A stretch of DNA of 27,857 nt from contig JAGLYS010000191.1 of NCBI GenBank assembly GCA_023132105.1, forward strand, positions 1-27,857, given 5' to 3'. This DNA comes from a candidate division WOR-3 bacterium. Lineage in GTDB: Bacteria; Hydrothermota; 32-111; QNBC01. Every line of letters begins with the position of its first letter. Positions within the stretch are counted from its first letter, which is position 1. Of this stretch, positions 25,494-27,857 are shown piece after piece. A program made the position numbers and the translations under genes. Under the pieces are notes generated by a model. It saw only the letters and a program-made list of their open reading frames with translations, did no database searches and was not told the origin of the DNA.

Positions 25494-26015
25494 GTGGATA
25501 TTTCTCAAATTCTTTTATTTAAATATCTTAGTCCCAAAGAAATTGTAAAATTAAGTGAACACCTGACTAAAAACACTGCTCCTAAAGGAACTGAAATCTT
25601 TAAAGAAGGTGACGAAGGGGAGAAAATGTATATTATATTAAGTGGTAAAGTTCAAGTTAGTATACTTGATAAAAGCAGTAAATTGGTATTAGCTACACTT
25701 AAAGAGGGTGCTTTCTTCGGAGAGATGTCTTTACTTTCATCAATAAAGCGTTCGGCAACTATAAGAGCAGAAGAAAAATCAATATTTTATACAATTTCAA
25801 GAGAGAATTTGAAAGATATTATGAAAAATCATCCCTCTATTGCTGTCAAAATCCTATATGTAATAGCTTCTGAACTTTCCAATAGAATTTCAAAAACTGA
25901 TAAAATACTTGCTGATTATTTTGAGAGAAATAAAGAAATCGTTAATAACCAGTTATTTAAAGAGTTATATATTTATACATTGGGTGGTTCTGGCAACGAA
26001 GAGAGTTTTCTCTAA
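25494..26015 (+). CDS. Stand-alone cyclic nucleotide-binding domain protein (no HTH)
   Basis: FKEGDEGEKMYIILSGKVQV and phosphate-binding cassette FFGEMSLL...RSATIRA; GTG start. Confidence 0.88.
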   Translation: MDISQILLFKYLSPKEIVKLSEHLTKNTAPKGTEIFKEGDEGEKMYIILSGKVQVSILDKSSKLVLATLKEGAFFGEMSLLSSIKRSATIRAEEKSIFYTISRENLKDIMKNHPSIAVKILYVIASELSNRISKTDKILADYFERNKEIVNNQLFKELYIYTLGGSGNEESFL

Positions 26016-26569
26016 GCTCTCTCGACATATTCACCAGTTCTCGTGTCTATCTTAAGATTATCTCCGATATTTATAAAAAGAGGAACATTCACTTTAGCAC
26101 CAGTAATTAATGTAGCAGGTTTTGTTCCACCTTGAACAGTATTTCCCTTTATGCCCGTATCGGTTTCCTTAACCTCCAAAACCACAAAGAATGGCAATTC
26201 AATACCCATAAACTTTTCATCGGCAAATAGCCCTACGACATCATAACCTTCAATAAGGTATAATCTTTCATATTTAACTACATCATTATCTATCAAATAT
26301 TGATCATATGTTTTATTATCCATAAAATAACTATGGTTCTCATCGCTATAGAGATATTGCACTTCTCTCTTTTCTACACGCACAATATCTACATCTAATC
26401 CTGATTTGAGTGTCATATCGATTACCTGGCCAGTCTCAATATTTTTCAATTTCATTCTTACAAAAGCATTTCCTTTCCCTGGTTTTACATGTTGGAATTC
26501 AACAACAAAGTATATTTTTTCATTAATTTTAATAGCAGTACCTTTTCTCACATCAGATGTTGTCGCCAT
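26012..26569 (-). CDS. efp: Translation elongation factor P
   Basis: HVKPGKGNAFVR loop, KPATLITG, VPLFI and DTRTGEYVERA. Confidence 0.97.
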   Translation of the reverse strand: MATTSDVRKGTAIKINEKIYFVVEFQHVKPGKGNAFVRMKLKNIETGQVIDMTLKSGLDVDIVRVEKREVQYLYSDENHSYFMDNKTYDQYLIDNDVVKYERLYLIEGYDVVGLFADEKFMGIELPFFVVLEVKETDTGIKGNTVQGGTKPATLITGAKVNVPLFINIGDNLKIDTRTGEYVERA

Positions 26570-26579
26570 AAATCCTCCG

Positions 26580-27632
26580 TTATAATCCTTTTAACCAATC
26601 TTTAAATTTATTCACTTCTTTCTTATCAACCTTATCTCTATTTTCTTCATGATTTACTTTATCTATTATTTTCTCTTTTTTATCCTCGTTGCTCTTTTTA
26701 ATAGCATTTTTATTTAAAGATTCAAATAATTCACTCAATTTCATTGCTTTTTCATTAACAGAAGGAGTTATTTCTTCTTTTTCATCCCTGTTTGAAATCT
26801 GTTGACTTTCTTCATTAATTATATTATCTACTTGAGCAATTAAAGAGTTTACTTTATCATCAAATGGATTTTCTTTTTTAATGTTCAATAAAATCTCTTT
26901 TGCCTTTTTATACTGTTTTTGACTAATACAAACCTGAGCCATTGTTAATGTATTAAACTCATTCAGATCTTTGTCGACATTTTCAACCTCTTTATTCTTT
27001 TCAATTATCTCTTTATTCTCCGTAGATTTATTTGCAATATCCACATCCAAAGAATCTAATGTCAATTCCCTTATTCCACTAACATTTTTTAAAGGTCCAT
27101 CCATATCCTCTTCTGTCTTGAATTGATTTTCATCTTCTTTATTTTCTTCAATGATTTCCGTATCTTTGGTTTCCTCCTTTTTAATCTCCTTTTCCGTTTC
27201 CCTTTGTTCTTCTTCTAACTTCTTTAGTATATTTTCCAAATCAGAAATATATTTGTTCGTTTCTTCTCTATCCGCCGGGCTTAAAATCAATAGTTCATTA
27301 AACTTCCCTAAAGCTCTTTTATAATCACGCCTATTGTATAATAACTCAGCTAGCATTTTCATAGCACTTATATTATCTCTGTCATATTGTAAAGTTTCTT
27401 CCAATTTTTGAATTGCATCATCTTGCCATCCCAGTTCCTCATAACATTTTGCTAATATAAAATGAGCTGTTGCATAATTCTTATGGTAATCCAAACCCCT
27501 TTTTAATACATTAACCGCATCTTCATACTCTTTATTCTGTCTGAGCATATCTCCTAGTTTCGCAAAAAGAATTGAAGATGGATCTCCTTCTACTCTTTCT
27601 CTTAAATTTTGAATAAATTCTTTATCAATCAT
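26580..27632 (-). CDS. Cytoplasmic TPR protein with a long acidic linker
   Basis: N-terminal DPSSILFAKLGDMLR...ATAHFILAKCYEELG TPRs, an E/K-rich linker, a second TPR-like block (NTLTMAQVCISQKQY) and C-terminal FKDWL. Confidence 0.8.
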   Translation of the reverse strand: MIDKEFIQNLRERVEGDPSSILFAKLGDMLRQNKEYEDAVNVLKRGLDYHKNYATAHFILAKCYEELGWQDDAIQKLEETLQYDRDNISAMKMLAELLYNRRDYKRALGKFNELLILSPADREETNKYISDLENILKKLEEEQRETEKEIKKEETKDTEIIEENKEDENQFKTEEDMDGPLKNVSGIRELTLDSLDVDIANKSTENKEIIEKNKEVENVDKDLNEFNTLTMAQVCISQKQYKKAKEILLNIKKENPFDDKVNSLIAQVDNIINEESQQISNRDEKEEITPSVNEKAMKLSELFESLNKNAIKKSNEDKKEKIIDKVNHEENRDKVDKKEVNKFKDWLKGL

Positions 27633-27649
27633 AACTACTTCCTTATTTG

Positions 27650-27677
27650 ATTATATTTTATTATTCCAAACTGTCAA
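27650..27677 (-). promoter_or_regulatory. Sigma70 promoter of the TPR-efp operon
   Basis: Minus strand TTGACA (27677-27672), 16 nt spacer, TATAAT (27655-27650). Confidence 0.7.
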
Positions 27678-27717
27678 GTGCCAATTCCCTATTATAGTAG
27701 ATAGGTGTGGACATATA

Positions 27718-27774
27718 CCAGTTGCAAGTATCAAGTGGCAAGTTACAAGTTCATAAATCGAAAATTGTAAATTC
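27718..27774. repeat. Degenerate heptamer tandem repeats
   Basis: ccagttg-caagtat-caagtgg-caagtta-caagttc (27718-27752), then taaatcg-aaaattg-taaattc (27754-27774). Confidence 0.65.
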
Positions 27775-27781
27775 GGGAAAT

Positions 27782-27816
27782 TGTCATTGCGAGGAGTGGA
27801 ACGACAAAGCAATCCC
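27782..27816. repeat. REP-like palindromic element
   Basis: TGTCATTGCGAGGAGTGGAACGACAAAGCAATCCC with ATTGC/GCAAT arms; GC-rich against an AT-rich background; resembles the GTCATTGCGAG...GCAATC repeat type as I recall it. Confidence 0.55.
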
Positions 27817-27857
27817 ACAATAAGGGGCAAGAGACCCTGAAACAATACTGAATCAAG

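Noticed and set aside
27651-27845. 64-aa minus-strand ORF at the right end
   Set aside because: It runs through the repeats and the TPR-efp promoter; no coding support.
27700-27857. RNase P RNA, other ncRNA or CRISPR array at the right end
   Set aside because: No conserved rnpB motifs (e.g. GAGGAAAGUCC) and no repeat-spacer structure; the region is truncated by the window edge.

Overview
AT-rich bacterial chromosomal window from a diderm organism (Omp85-like protein, lipoproteins) with anaerobe-type enzymes; the phylum cannot be assigned from sequence alone. It holds about 29 CDS and one tRNA-Ala(GGC); I see no transposase, integrase, phage gene or CRISPR array. Layout: (1) minus-strand type IV pilus motor operon pilB-pilB-pilT-pilC-pilS, with two tandem PilB paralogs and a homopolymer frameshift in pilS; (2) def, dapF, a membrane TPR protein and a DUF4388 protein; (3) an orphan ABC solute-binding lipoprotein; (4) a fully overlap-coupled preQ0 operon queD-queE-folE2-X-Y-queC, where X and Y are a single-subunit 2-hydroxyacyl-CoA dehydratase-family Fe-S protein and its ATP-dependent activase; (5) a CoA-disulfide reductase/NADH oxidase-family flavoprotein; (6) tRNA-Ala followed by an envelope gene cluster; (7) mobB, a phosphoesterase, a membrane protein, ruvX and mltG; (8) a cNMP-binding protein; (9) TPR-efp; (10) short repeats at the right end. 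The best candidate for an undescribed system is the dehydratase/activase pair inside the 7-deazaguanine operon, which may perform an ATP-driven reductive step such as a QueF- or QueG/QueH-replacing reaction. That function is inference. Family calls come from motif recognition only; no database searches were run.
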